From Acidobacteriota bacterium (lineage in GTDB: Bacteria > Acidobacteriota > Thermoanaerobaculia > Multivoradales > UBA5704), in NCBI GenBank assembly GCA_040005235.1, contig JBDTZG010000028.1:1-64000 (forward strand): a stretch of DNA of 64,000 bases. Reading direction: 5' to 3'. How positions within the stretch are numbered: the first letter of the stretch is position 1; each line of letters starts with the position of its first letter. Below, in pieces: positions 51,377 through 60,724 of the stretch. Made by a program: the position numbers and the translations under genes. The notes beneath the pieces are model-generated. The model saw only the letters and a list, made by a program, of their open reading frames with translations. It was not told where the DNA came from and did no database searches.

Positions 51377-53292
51377 CCTTCGCCTCCCGGAGTTACGGGC
51401 GTTGCCGCCGGGGTAATGCTGAGGGTGCTCGCCGGGATCGGCCGAACCGCCGGCCGGCCGGTCGGCTGGGTCGCCGGCTGGGCGGCCGGTGTGGCGCGGG
51501 CCTTGGGAGCCGCCGGAGGTCCCGGAGCGGCCCCCTCCGGTGCCGGAGTCAACCCCGCCGTCACCATTTTCGGCATCGCCTGGCCGTCCGGCCAGTCGGG
51601 CCGGGCCCGCTCCGGGCGGACGCCGAGGTAGAGCAGGACCTGGCGGGCGATCGCGCCGAACACCGGCGCCGCGACCTGTCCGCCGTGATATTCGAAACCC
51701 TGCGGCGCGTCGATCGCGACGACGCCGACGATCTGCGGCCGGTCGCCCGGCGCGAAACCGACGAAGCTCGGCACGTAGTGGTTCCGATCGTAGCCGCCGT
51801 CGAGTGGAATCTGCGCCGTCCCGGTCTTGCCGGCCACGTTGTACCCCTCGACCGCGGCGGACTTGCCCGTTCCTCCGGTCACCACCCCTTCGAGCAGGCG
51901 CGTCACTTCGGCGGCGGTGGCCACCGACATGGCGCGCCCGACCGGCAGCGCCGCGGCATGAAGCGGCTCGATCTGCCCGGCGGCGCCGGTCGCGGCGACC
52001 ATGTAAGGCCGAAGGCGGACGCCGCCATTGGCGACGGTCGCCGCCGCCACCGCGAGCTGGAGAGGCGTCACCGACACCCCCTGGCCGAACGAGATGTACG
52101 CCTTGCTGAGCGGAAAGCGGCGCCACTCGGACAGGGGGTGGAGGATGCCCGAGGCCTCGCCGGGCAGGTCGATGCCGCTCTTCCGGCCGAAGCCGAGCGC
52201 GCTCGCCATCCCGTACAGCCGCTCGTCGCCGAGCAGCAGGGCGGTCTTGATCATGCCGACGTTGCTCGATTTGGCGATCGCCTCGGCGAAGGTCAGGAGC
52301 CCGAACGGCTTGTGGTCGCGAATCCGGATGCCGGCCAGGGTGATGCCACCCATGCCGCAGTCGAAGGTGTCGCTCGCCTTGACCACGCCGCTTTCGAGCG
52401 CCGCCGAGGCGGTGACGAGCTTGAACGTCGAGCCCGGCTCGTAGGAATCGGTAACCGCCCGATTGCGCGCCCGGTTGCGCAACAGGTCTTTCGACGTCTC
52501 GCCGTACTGGTTCGGATCGAAGCTCGGGTAGCTCGCGAGAGCCAAAATGCCGCCGGTTCGCGGGTCGAGAAACACCGCCATCCCTTTGCGCGCGCCCCGC
52601 TCGTCGACCGTCTGGGCCAGCTCGCGCTCGACGATGTGCTGGATCGTCGCGTCGAGCGTCAGGTGCAGATCGCGCCCCGGCTCCGGATCGGTGAACGACA
52701 GCTCGGGGTCCATCACGGTCCCCTTGCGCGCATCGCGAAGGACGGTTCGGCGGCCCGGTTTGCCGGCGACGGTCGAGTCGTAGAGCTTCTCCAGCCCTTC
52801 CAGGCCATGGTTCTCGGTGCCGACGAACCCGAGCACTTGGGCGGCCAGCTCGCGCATCGGGTAGTAGCGCTTGCTCTCGGTGACGAACCGTAGTCCTTTG
52901 ACCTGGAGCGCGCGAATCTGATCGGCGAACTGTGGATCGAGCTTCCTTTTGATCCAAACGAAGTCGCGGCTCTTGTCGCCCAACTGCTTGGCGAGCTTCT
53001 CCGGCTCTTTGTCGACGAGCTTCGAAAGCTGGCGCGCCACCGCGGCCGGGTCGGCGATCTCCGAGGGGATGGCGTAGACCGAATCGACCTCGATCGAGAC
53101 CGCGAGCTCCCTTCCCCGCGCGTCGTAGATCGTGCCGCGCGGGGCATCGAGCTCGACCACCCGCTGCTGCTGATTGCCGGCGCGCTGGGTGTAGTGCGCG
53201 TGGCGGATGACCTGGAGGTAGTAGAGCCGTCCGGTGATCAGCGCCACCCAAGCGAGGCCGAGGCCGGCGACCACCCGGAGCCGCGTCTTCAC
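51373..53292 (-). CDS. ftsI: Division transpeptidase PBP3 / FtsI
   Basis: RGTIYD, STFK, SSN and KTG motifs; Pro/Ala-rich tail. Confidence 0.93.
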   Translation of the reverse strand: MKTRLRVVAGLGLAWVALITGRLYYLQVIRHAHYTQRAGNQQQRVVELDAPRGTIYDARGRELAVSIEVDSVYAIPSEIADPAAVARQLSKLVDKEPEKLAKQLGDKSRDFVWIKRKLDPQFADQIRALQVKGLRFVTESKRYYPMRELAAQVLGFVGTENHGLEGLEKLYDSTVAGKPGRRTVLRDARKGTVMDPELSFTDPEPGRDLHLTLDATIQHIVERELAQTVDERGARKGMAVFLDPRTGGILALASYPSFDPNQYGETSKDLLRNRARNRAVTDSYEPGSTFKLVTASAALESGVVKASDTFDCGMGGITLAGIRIRDHKPFGLLTFAEAIAKSSNVGMIKTALLLGDERLYGMASALGFGRKSGIDLPGEASGILHPLSEWRRFPLSKAYISFGQGVSVTPLQLAVAAATVANGGVRLRPYMVAATGAAGQIEPLHAAALPVGRAMSVATAAEVTRLLEGVVTGGTGKSAAVEGYNVAGKTGTAQIPLDGGYDRNHYVPSFVGFAPGDRPQIVGVVAIDAPQGFEYHGGQVAAPVFGAIARQVLLYLGVRPERARPDWPDGQAMPKMVTAGLTPAPEGAAPGPPAAPKARATPAAQPATQPTGRPAVRPIPASTLSITPAATPVTPGGEG

Positions 53293-53633
53293 GGCAGCTC
53301 CTCCCAGAAGATCACGCGATTGAGCGCGGGCGGTTCGAGCCCCAGCTCGTGCCGGGCGCGCTCCTCGATCCGCTGCGGGCTCGCCAGGTAGGCCGCTTCG
53401 AGCGACAGTTGCCGTTCGGTGCGGGTCATCTCCCGAAGTTGGGTTTCGAGTTTGTCGATCTTGTAGCCGGTCGACAGCACTTCGAGATGGATCCAGGTGT
53501 ACGACAGCAAGCCGACGCCCAGAGCGCCGACCGCCGCCAGCACCAGACCCAGCTCGCGGAAGCGCTTGCGATCGCGCTCCCGAACCAGGTAGGCGTTGGC
53601 GACCGGCCGCGTGAAGGCGTAGGCATTCCTCAC
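53289..53633 (-). CDS. ftsL: Cell division protein FtsL
   Basis: TM plus coiled coil, LASPQRIEERAR; between rsmH and ftsI. Confidence 0.88.
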   Translation of the reverse strand: MRNAYAFTRPVANAYLVRERDRKRFRELGLVLAAVGALGVGLLSYTWIHLEVLSTGYKIDKLETQLREMTRTERQLSLEAAYLASPQRIEERARHELGLEPPALNRVIFWEELP

Positions 53634-54574
53634 CGCGTCTCCAGTCTCCGACCCGCGCGCAGGCGCGCCGAGCGCGACCGGGGGTTGATCGCGATTTCTT
53701 CCTCGGTCGGGCGCACCGACCGCTTTGTCAGCAGCTCGATCGCCTGGCTCTCCGAGCGGGGACGGCCGGTGACGAGATCGATCTCGCCGCGGTGCAGATC
53801 GCGCAGCGTGTTCTTGACGATCCGATCCTCCAGGCTGTGGTACGAGATGATCACCAGACGCCCTTCGGCGTCGAGCTGGTCGACTGCTTGGTCGAGAAAG
53901 CTAAGGAGTCCGGAAAGCTCCTCGTTGACCTCGATGCGCAGCGCCTGGAACACGCGGGTCGCCGGATCGACCCGCCCTTCGCGATTACGGTGTCCGGCCT
54001 CATGCCCCTTGCCGCGGTCGATCGCGCGGCGCAGCTCCGAGGTGGTCTCGATCGGTTTCTCGCGGCGCGCCGCGACGATCGCGCGCGCGATCCGCCGCGA
54101 TTGCCGCTCCTCGCCGTACTCCCAGAAGATCTTGGCCAATTCTTCCTCCGAGCTTTCGTTCACGATGTCCGCCGCGGTAAGGCCTTCGTGGCCCATCCGC
54201 ATGTCGAGCGGTCCGCCGAACCGGAAACTGAAGCCCCGTTCCGGCGAATCGATTTGCAACGACGAAACGCCGAGGTCGGCGAGAATCCCCGCCACCCGGC
54301 CGATCCCTTCCGCCCCGAGCAGCTCACCCAGGTCGGCAAAATTCCCCTCGACCAGCCGCACCCGGGGGCCGAAACGCGCCAACCGTTCGCGCGCGAGCCC
54401 GAGCGCTTGGCGGTCGCGATCGATCCCCACCAGCTCGACCCCGGGGCCGGCCTCGAGGATCGCTTCCGCGTGACCGCCGAGCCCAAGCGTCGCGTCGACG
54501 AACACGCCGCCCCGCTCTGGCGCGAGAAGCTCGACGACCTCGCGGAGCAGGACGGGGACGTGACGTGCGGCCAC
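53630..54574 (-). CDS. rsmH: 16S rRNA m4C1402 methyltransferase
   Basis: HVPVLL, DATLGLGGH, DLGVSS, FQALRIEVN, NPRSRSA. Confidence 0.97.
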   Translation of the reverse strand: MAARHVPVLLREVVELLAPERGGVFVDATLGLGGHAEAILEAGPGVELVGIDRDRQALGLARERLARFGPRVRLVEGNFADLGELLGAEGIGRVAGILADLGVSSLQIDSPERGFSFRFGGPLDMRMGHEGLTAADIVNESSEEELAKIFWEYGEERQSRRIARAIVAARREKPIETTSELRRAIDRGKGHEAGHRNREGRVDPATRVFQALRIEVNEELSGLLSFLDQAVDQLDAEGRLVIISYHSLEDRIVKNTLRDLHRGEIDLVTGRPRSESQAIELLTKRSVRPTEEEIAINPRSRSARLRAGRRLETR

Positions 54575-54609
54575 GGGCTCTCGATCTCGGCGCGCGGAAG
54601 TCGCACGGA

Positions 54610-55053
54610 CTAGATTCCGCCGCGCTCCGCCAGGGCGCGGGAGTCGTCCTCGGTGAACGGCTGCTCGGCCATCCGCGCGACCAGGCGCTCGTGGTTCCAG
54701 ACGATCAGGTGGTCGATCTGCGCCATCACCACCACGTCGCCGCTCATCCCGGCGCTCTCCCGCAGGATCTGCGGAATCACCAACCGCCCCTGGTCGTCCA
54801 ACCGCACCTGCTGGCCGTAGTAGCTCGCGCGCTCCAGGAACCGCTGCTTCGAGGGATCGGCCGAGGGCATCGCTTGGAGCTTCCCCTCGATCTCTTCCCA
54901 GACCGGCAGCGGGTAGAGCCGTGCGCAATCGCCGTGGACCGAGGTCACGAACAGCTCGCGCCCATACCTCTCCTCAACGAACCGGCGGAAATCCGTCGGC
55001 ACCTTGAGGCGGCCCTTCTCGTCGATCTTCGCTGGTGAGCTACCCCGGAACAT
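54610..55053 (-). CDS. mraZ: Division/cell wall cluster repressor MraZ
   Basis: Two DxxGR motifs (DEKGR, DDQGR). Confidence 0.96.
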   Translation of the reverse strand: MFRGSSPAKIDEKGRLKVPTDFRRFVEERYGRELFVTSVHGDCARLYPLPVWEEIEGKLQAMPSADPSKQRFLERASYYGQQVRLDDQGRLVIPQILRESAGMSGDVVVMAQIDHLIVWNHERLVARMAEQPFTEDDSRALAERGGI

Positions 55054-55100
55054 GACCCCCGCCTTTGGGTCCAGCTATTTGGAGGGTGATTCTAGTCTGG

Positions 55101-55140
55101 TTGCTCCACTTCTGTCCAATTTTATCCACTAGGGGCCACC
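55101..55140 (-). promoter_or_regulatory. MraZ-binding repeats
   Basis: GTGG/GTGG/TTGG/GTGG at an exact 10-bp period upstream of mraZ. Confidence 0.75.
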
Positions 55141-55366
55141 AGGACCCCGCGGTGGGCTCTGAAACCTCTTTCCGCAGGGTCGGCGCGGGCGGCAGAGTCG
55201 GCACGGGTGTTGAGTACCCGGTCCGGGCACGAGGCGTACCTCAGGGGCTGTCGGCGCAAAAATTTGCGAAATTTGCCGCCCAGGGGTCCCGCTGTCTCGC
55301 ATTGACGCGCCGAAGCACCGTAACATTGCAGAGACCACACAATTGATTCGACCGAGGAGACCCCCC

Positions 55367-56827
55367 GTGTCGCAAAATCCTGTGCCGCTGCTTGCCGTGG
55401 TGTTGCGGAATCTCCGCGAGCGAGCCGGCTGGACCCAAGTCCGGCTCGAACGCGAGGCTCGCCTCAGCAAGGGATCGCTCTGCCGGCTGGAGAAGGGCAG
55501 CCAGACGGTCGATCGTTTCCTGCTCAATCGGCTGGCGAAGGTGATGAGAATCGCCGAGGGTGACGTGGAACAGGCGCTCGCAGTGCTGGAGCAGCTCCCG
55601 GCGGAGACCGGCGCCGGTTCGTCCGCGGACCTGCCGGTTCGCGACCGGCAGACGATCGAAACCGTCAGCGCGCGCTTTTCCCGCATGGTTCGCGAGAAGG
55701 CCCAGAACCGAATCGGGGGGAAGGTCCGCGCCCGGCGCTGGCGTCTCGACCGCGCGGCGGCCGCCGTGGCGTGGCAGCGGCTGCGCAAAATGCCCTCCGA
55801 GGATCGCCGGCTGATCGTTAAAGCGGTTGAGGCCTTTCACACCTGGGCGGTGGTGGAACGGCTTTGCGAGGAGAGCGTAAGGGCGGCGGCCAGCGATATG
55901 GAGGAGGCCCGTAGGCTGGCGCAGCTTGCCCGGCAGGCCTCGACGGCCGCGAGCGGTGCCGAGCGAAGATATAAGTCGCTCGAAAATTACGCGGCGGCCT
56001 TCGAAGCGAACGCCTGGTGCGCTGCCGGCGAATTTCGGAAAGCCGAGCAGATTTTTGCCGAGGTCGATGCGCTCCATGGAGAAGGGCTGGACATCGCGGC
56101 AGTACCGGTCGATTGGGCCAGGCCACTGATCTTTCGAGCGGTGCTTATGATTTATCGGGCGAACCTCGATCCGGCATTGGAATGGCTGAACGAGGCGCTT
56201 TCGCTCACTCGCTCGCCGACCGTCAAGACTTGGGCGTTAATCTGGCGAGCCGCTGTGCTCAAGCGGAAGCTCCAATTTCCCGCGGCGCTTGAGGAGCTGG
56301 AAAAGGCTCGGCCGTACGCCGAGCTTGCAGGCGATGCCCGGCTTCGATGGGCCATCGCCTTCAATGAAGCGGGTTATTTATGCGAAGCCGGCCATTTGGC
56401 GGAGGCTGCCGCCCGCCTTCCAGCCCTGAAGCTGGCAGCGTTGGAGCTCGGAGGAGCTCTGGATCGCCTGCGGCTCCGCTGGTTGACCGCGAGAGTGGCT
56501 GCTGCTTCAGGCCTGTTCCAGGAAGCCGCGACGAACCTCTCCGAGGTTTGGAATGCCTTTGCCGACCGGAACCTCTGGCTCGACGCGGCGATCGCGGTTC
56601 TCGAGCTGGCCAGCATCAACCTGGAGATGGGTCTGTCTGCCCAGGTCAAGAAGCTCGCCACGGCATCTGCTCACGTCTTCGCGGCGCAGACCCTGCCCGA
56701 CCACCTTCTCGCGGCGGTTCGACTATTCTGGCAGGCCGCCCTTCAGGAAGCGGCCACTTCACAAATGGCGCGACAGCTGGTTGGGGACCTTCGCCGCGCC
56801 ATGGTGGCAAACGCCGAAGCCTCCTGA
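55367..56827 (+). CDS. XRE-type HTH regulator with long TPR-like helical C-terminal region
   Basis: LRNLRERAGWTQVRL...LCRLEKG HTH, FHTWAVVERLCEES, Ala/Leu-rich helical repeats; GAGGAG RBS before GTG. Confidence 0.8.
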   Translation: MSQNPVPLLAVVLRNLRERAGWTQVRLEREARLSKGSLCRLEKGSQTVDRFLLNRLAKVMRIAEGDVEQALAVLEQLPAETGAGSSADLPVRDRQTIETVSARFSRMVREKAQNRIGGKVRARRWRLDRAAAAVAWQRLRKMPSEDRRLIVKAVEAFHTWAVVERLCEESVRAAASDMEEARRLAQLARQASTAASGAERRYKSLENYAAAFEANAWCAAGEFRKAEQIFAEVDALHGEGLDIAAVPVDWARPLIFRAVLMIYRANLDPALEWLNEALSLTRSPTVKTWALIWRAAVLKRKLQFPAALEELEKARPYAELAGDARLRWAIAFNEAGYLCEAGHLAEAAARLPALKLAALELGGALDRLRLRWLTARVAAASGLFQEAATNLSEVWNAFADRNLWLDAAIAVLELASINLEMGLSAQVKKLATASAHVFAAQTLPDHLLAAVRLFWQAALQEAATSQMARQLVGDLRRAMVANAEAS

Positions 56828-56846
56828 AGTCGTCGTCTCGCTTGGG

Positions 56847-57134
56847 CTAGGTCCCACACAGACCGTTCGGGTTGATCTCGCAGCCGACTTCGCCGAGAGG
56901 AGGCTTACTTCTCGGGCGACCGGAGTCGGAAGCACTGCGTCCGTCTGGGCTTGCGCCGCGGCGCCCGCTGGGCTCGATCTCGCAACCGCTCGGCGCCCAC
57001 AGCGCGGAAAAGAATCTCCCGGCTTTGGCGAGCAGGTTCCCGAGATCCCACGGTGCGGCGGAGGCCTGGGTCGGGAAGGCGAGGACCACGACGAGAAGCA
57101 AGAGCGGCAGACGGCGGGGCGACGAAGCGGACAT
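56847..57134 (-). CDS. Small secreted peptide with repeated GCEIxPxG motif
   Basis: AGGAG RBS, Sec signal ending ASA, GCEIEPSG and GCEINPNGLC; fits between the two regulator genes. Confidence 0.7.
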   Translation of the reverse strand: MSASSPRRLPLLLLVVVLAFPTQASAAPWDLGNLLAKAGRFFSALWAPSGCEIEPSGRRGASPDGRSASDSGRPRSKPPLGEVGCEINPNGLCGT

Positions 57135-57334
57135 GACCGACTCCTATTCCGAGGGGACCGGCGCCGCGGCCTCCATGGCCGAACGGGCACCCTGCGAGTT
57201 CTTCCAGGCGCGCCTGGGCGAAGCTTGGACGCAAAATTTTGTGCTGCCAGGCGTACGGTGGGGTCTATCTTAGGAGCAAGCCCCGCCCTGCACGCTCTTT
57301 CGATACGATTCCCTCCAGAAACTCGGGAGGTGAC

Positions 57335-58159
57335 ATGAACGACGCCTTGGATCGCCGCGCGGCAGGCTTGGTGATGCAGTTGTTTCGCTTCATGGCCGGC
57401 CGCCACCAGCACGACCTGAGCGAACGGACCGGGATCGACATAAAGCGGATTTCGCGTTACGAGCAGGGAAAAGTTCTGCCTCTTCGGCCGACGCTCGAAC
57501 GACTCGCTGCGGGCGTCGGCGTCTCCGCGACCCGGCTCGATCAGCTTCTCGCGTTGATTCGCACCGTGTGCGCCGAGGGCGAGGCGGCGACCGCCCAAAA
57601 GGAGCACGCCACAGCAGACCCCGACGAGTCCGATTGGCCGGACGATCTCGCCGAGCTGGCGGCGGAGATCGCCGAAGACCTACAGCCCGAGATTTACCAA
57701 GCCCTGAAGGAATTGAACGCCGAGCTGAACGCGCCGCCTCCGCCACTCGCCCCGGAAGCGGCGCGCGCCCAGGCTCGGGAGCTATGGGGAAGGTTCGAAC
57801 CCTTGCCGGATCGCGTTCGCCGCCTGGTGATCGAACATGGCAAGGAGTACCAAACCTGGGCCTTTTGCGAACGGCTCTGCGAAGCAAGCCTCGACGCCGG
57901 ATCGCGCGCGCCGGAGGACGGTCAGGCCTTGGCCGACCTGGCGCTCTCGGTCGCCGAGGCCGCCCAAGGGTCCGACGTGCTGCGCCAGCGCCTGACCGCC
58001 TTCGCCCTCGCCTGCGCCGCCCACGCGGATGTCCTCGCCGGGGACTCGGAAGAGGCCGCCGAGAAGCTGGGCCGGGCCAAGGCGCTCTGGACGGCCGGGG
58101 ACGGCACCGACGATCTCGACCTCGGCCAGATCGCCGATCTGGTGCCCGCCGACTCGTAA
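57335..58159 (+). CDS. XRE-type HTH regulator, short paralog of 55367-56827
   Basis: GGAGGTG RBS, HQHDLSERTGI...ISRYEQG HTH, YQTWAFCERLCEAS. Confidence 0.78.
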   Translation: MNDALDRRAAGLVMQLFRFMAGRHQHDLSERTGIDIKRISRYEQGKVLPLRPTLERLAAGVGVSATRLDQLLALIRTVCAEGEAATAQKEHATADPDESDWPDDLAELAAEIAEDLQPEIYQALKELNAELNAPPPPLAPEAARAQARELWGRFEPLPDRVRRLVIEHGKEYQTWAFCERLCEASLDAGSRAPEDGQALADLALSVAEAAQGSDVLRQRLTAFALACAAHADVLAGDSEEAAEKLGRAKALWTAGDGTDDLDLGQIADLVPADS

Positions 58160-58168
58160 GGAGTCCCC

Positions 58169-58570
58169 TCAGTTCGGCGCCCGCCGACTTGCGTCCGGCG
58201 GAAGCTCCGGCGGCGGCGGGCCGAGACGGCGCTCCAGGTCGGCGATCTTCTGTTCGAGATCTTCCGCCAGGATTTCGAGAGCCTGACAGAGCCGGTCCTC
58301 TTCCTCGGTCACCGTCGAGAGCCGCCGGGTCGCGGCGAGCCCGGCGAACGCCTGCTTTGTATGCCAGAGGTCGTCGATGCCGGCGCGCGTTCCCGCCTTG
58401 AGCCACGGTTCTCCGAACCCCGAGCCGTCTTCCAGCTCCAGCGCTTCCTCGGCGATCTTTTCGCAGGCATCCTGGACGCGTTGGCGCAAACCCGGCCGGG
58501 TGAAATGGACCAGGACCGACTCGCGGAACGGCGCCATCTCTCTCCAGCGGCGCTTGATCGGGTTGGTCAT
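58169..58570 (-). CDS. Hypothetical helical/coiled-coil protein
   Basis: ATGA overlap with the upstream gene; ends 9 bp from the convergent regulator. Confidence 0.6.
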   Translation of the reverse strand: MTNPIKRRWREMAPFRESVLVHFTRPGLRQRVQDACEKIAEEALELEDGSGFGEPWLKAGTRAGIDDLWHTKQAFAGLAATRRLSTVTEEEDRLCQALEILAEDLEQKIADLERRLGPPPPELPPDASRRAPN

Positions 58571-59001
58571 CCTGGGGATGCCCGTCGCTCAGTCCGCACG
58601 GCGGCCCGGTGCCGGCCCAGGCGTCTCTCCTGCACCAGACCCAGGAATGCGTCCCGATTCGCGGCCCCATGGGTCATCAGCGCCGCGAAGACCCGAAGGT
58701 TCAGACGGGCACCTTCCGGGGGCGGTGTACCTTCCAAGAGGGCGAGCAGTCGGGCGGCCAGCTCCGGCAAGATGCCCCCTCGCCCCTGGCGCAACAATAC
58801 GGTTCCCAGCTCGATGTAGGCGTCCGCCGCTGCCATCACCTCGCCCGATGCGCGCCAGGTTCCCGCGGCGCGGCCGAACAGTCGCGCCGCCTCTTCGAGG
58901 TTCCCATCGTCCCGCTCGCGCTCGGCCCGGTCGAAGATCTCTCCGGCGGCCCGCCGCAACTCGCCGGGTGCGAGGGGAGAGGCCGGACTTACAGAGGCCA
59001 T
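58567..59001 (-). CDS. Small TPR-like protein resembling the regulator C-terminal domain
   Basis: GNLEEAARLF...AAADAYIELGTVLLRQG...LAARLL...LRVF; AAAGGA RBS. Confidence 0.62.
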   Translation of the reverse strand: MASVSPASPLAPGELRRAAGEIFDRAERERDDGNLEEAARLFGRAAGTWRASGEVMAAADAYIELGTVLLRQGRGGILPELAARLLALLEGTPPPEGARLNLRVFAALMTHGAANRDAFLGLVQERRLGRHRAAVRTERRASPG

Positions 59002-59438
59002 TCCATTCCTTTTCTGTGCTTCCGGACGTCCGCGAGCAACTCGCCTAGTAACGGCGAGCTCGGCGGGGTGATCTCGAGCAAGAGCAAAAGGTTGGAAAAA
59101 AGCTCGATTTCCGGCGGCGCCACGGCGAGCGTCGCCGGCTTGGCGGCGAGCCAGTCCGGCAGGTCGACACGTTCAAGGCGATAGACCGCGGCCAGCGAGA
59201 GCGCCGCTAGCCCTTCGAGCCAGGGTTGCTCCGCTTTGCCGAAGGCATGGACGGCGAGAATAAAACTCTCTTCTGCCTGGGACAGGTTGCCCGCCGCCGC
59301 GGCGCGCTCGGCAAAATCCATCGAGCGCCAAGCCAACCGGAAAAAAGCCGGATGCGCCGGTTCCTTAGCCGGCGCATCCGCGGGCCCTGCGAGCGCGAGA
59401 GGGGGTGCGGGTCGCCCGCAGGGGAAAAAGGAGTCCAT
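58989..59438 (-). CDS. Small TPR-like hypothetical protein
   Basis: GNLSQAEESF...AF...GLAALSLAAVY; overlaps the next gene by 13 nt; start uncertain. Confidence 0.5.
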   Translation of the reverse strand: MDSFFPCGRPAPPLALAGPADAPAKEPAHPAFFRLAWRSMDFAERAAAAGNLSQAEESFILAVHAFGKAEQPWLEGLAALSLAAVYRLERVDLPDWLAAKPATLAVAPPEIELFSNLLLLLEITPPSSPLLGELLADVRKHRKGMEWPL

Positions 59439-59633
59439 GCGTGCGAGGGTAGGTCCAGGGATTCAGCTTTCGCGCTAGCCTGCCGCTCGTGGATGGCGTA
59501 GTTATCCATTTCGATAACATTTCTTGGGATGCCGGGGAACTTTCCCAGCTCGTCATGCCGAGCGAGAGCTCTGCACACTCCAGCGGAGGCGGGGGGGAGT
59601 TCCGGCACTACATTCAATATTGCAGGAACCACC

Positions 59634-60716
59634 CTAGGGCTGCAGGCCGCCGTTCCACGAAGTGTCCTTGAGCAGATCGGCCCAATTCACGTCGGCGCTC
59701 AGCACATTGAATTCGTCGCTGCCGTCCGAGAAGACGTTGAGGTGTGCCGCCCGCCGAAAGACCTCCTCGCCTTGAATTTCGAAGCCGGGCCGTAGCGGCG
59801 GCAAGATGTAGAGGCCCATCCACGGACTACCGGTTGGGTTACAGCCCGTCTGGCCGGAAGCGGTGCAGAAGGGGAGCGCCGTGATTTCGCCCGTCGTCAA
59901 GCGTCCCTGGGTATCGGTGTGCAGGCGCAGCAGGAAGGGGATTTCCAGGTCACTGTAGACACACACTCCGTCGTCATCGCAGGAAAGGGCAGAGTCATAG
60001 GCGTCAATCCGGTAAGTCAGCGGCTCCTCCGCCCGGTAGAGAGCGGTCTTGTAGGAAATAAAGGCGCAGAACGGATTGGGAATGGGTTCCGCCAGGCAGC
60101 CTGTCGGCCGAACCGTCCGCGCGAGGATCGAGTAGACCTTGAGGTCAAAGTCGGTCACTTCGGTATGGCAGGGAGAGAGTAGGTCGTCGACGGTCAAACC
60201 GCGTCCCGCGGTGTCCGCGTGGTCCGCCTGCGCGTCCTGGAGAGTGGTGATCCGAATCGAATTCTTCGGCTGAAAAGGGTCTGGCGGCTCCCGGGACAGG
60301 ATGAGATCCACGAGCATCGAGAACCGGGTCGTCCCCTCGAGATTCGAAGACGCATCCCGCCGAACCAAGGTGGCCTGGGGCCGGCGATCCCTTCGGGGGT
60401 TCAAGAAGTCCTCGTCCTCGCGAAGGATCAGGTCGAACGCCAGCTGTTTCTCCTGTCGCTCGCGGTCGCCTTGAACCGTGGTGTGTCGCAACTGGCTGGT
60501 GCTGGCCAATCCTCTGTAGGTGCCGCCATTGGCGCTCGACCGCCAGAGGAGGAGGCTCGACTCCCCGTAGGAAACCCCCATGCGGTGCAGCAACCTCCCC
60601 ATTTGCCGCTCTTCGCAGGCGACCTGCTCGGACGTGAGGGGGCGGCCGAAGGGCTGGGCCACAGCATTGCGTACCGCACATGCGCCGAAGACCAGGGCCA
60701 CGGCCCAAGCCGGCAC
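59634..60716 (-). CDS. Secreted Cys-rich hypothetical protein, paralog 2
   Basis: Signal-like N-terminus, then QPFG...; collinear with the upstream paralog; start uncertain (60716 or 60749). Confidence 0.75.
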   Translation of the reverse strand: MPAWAVALVFGACAVRNAVAQPFGRPLTSEQVACEERQMGRLLHRMGVSYGESSLLLWRSSANGGTYRGLASTSQLRHTTVQGDRERQEKQLAFDLILREDEDFLNPRRDRRPQATLVRRDASSNLEGTTRFSMLVDLILSREPPDPFQPKNSIRITTLQDAQADHADTAGRGLTVDDLLSPCHTEVTDFDLKVYSILARTVRPTGCLAEPIPNPFCAFISYKTALYRAEEPLTYRIDAYDSALSCDDDGVCVYSDLEIPFLLRLHTDTQGRLTTGEITALPFCTASGQTGCNPTGSPWMGLYILPPLRPGFEIQGEEVFRRAAHLNVFSDGSDEFNVLSADVNWADLLKDTSWNGGLQP

Positions 60717-60724
60717 CCGCCACC

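Noticed and set aside
49847-53251. 1134-aa MurE fusion (similarly the extended MurD, MurG and RsmH ORFs)
   Set aside because: Extensions are alternate-frame read-through over the upstream dcw genes; real starts overlap the upstream stops
55141-55340. ncRNA or sigma70 promoter between mraZ and the regulator
   Set aside because: No recognisable RNA family; TTGACG and TAACAT are only 13 bp apart
56847-57134. RiPP precursor
   Set aside because: Has a Sec signal peptide, and no modifying enzymes (radical SAM, YcaO, LanM) lie nearby; not fully excluded
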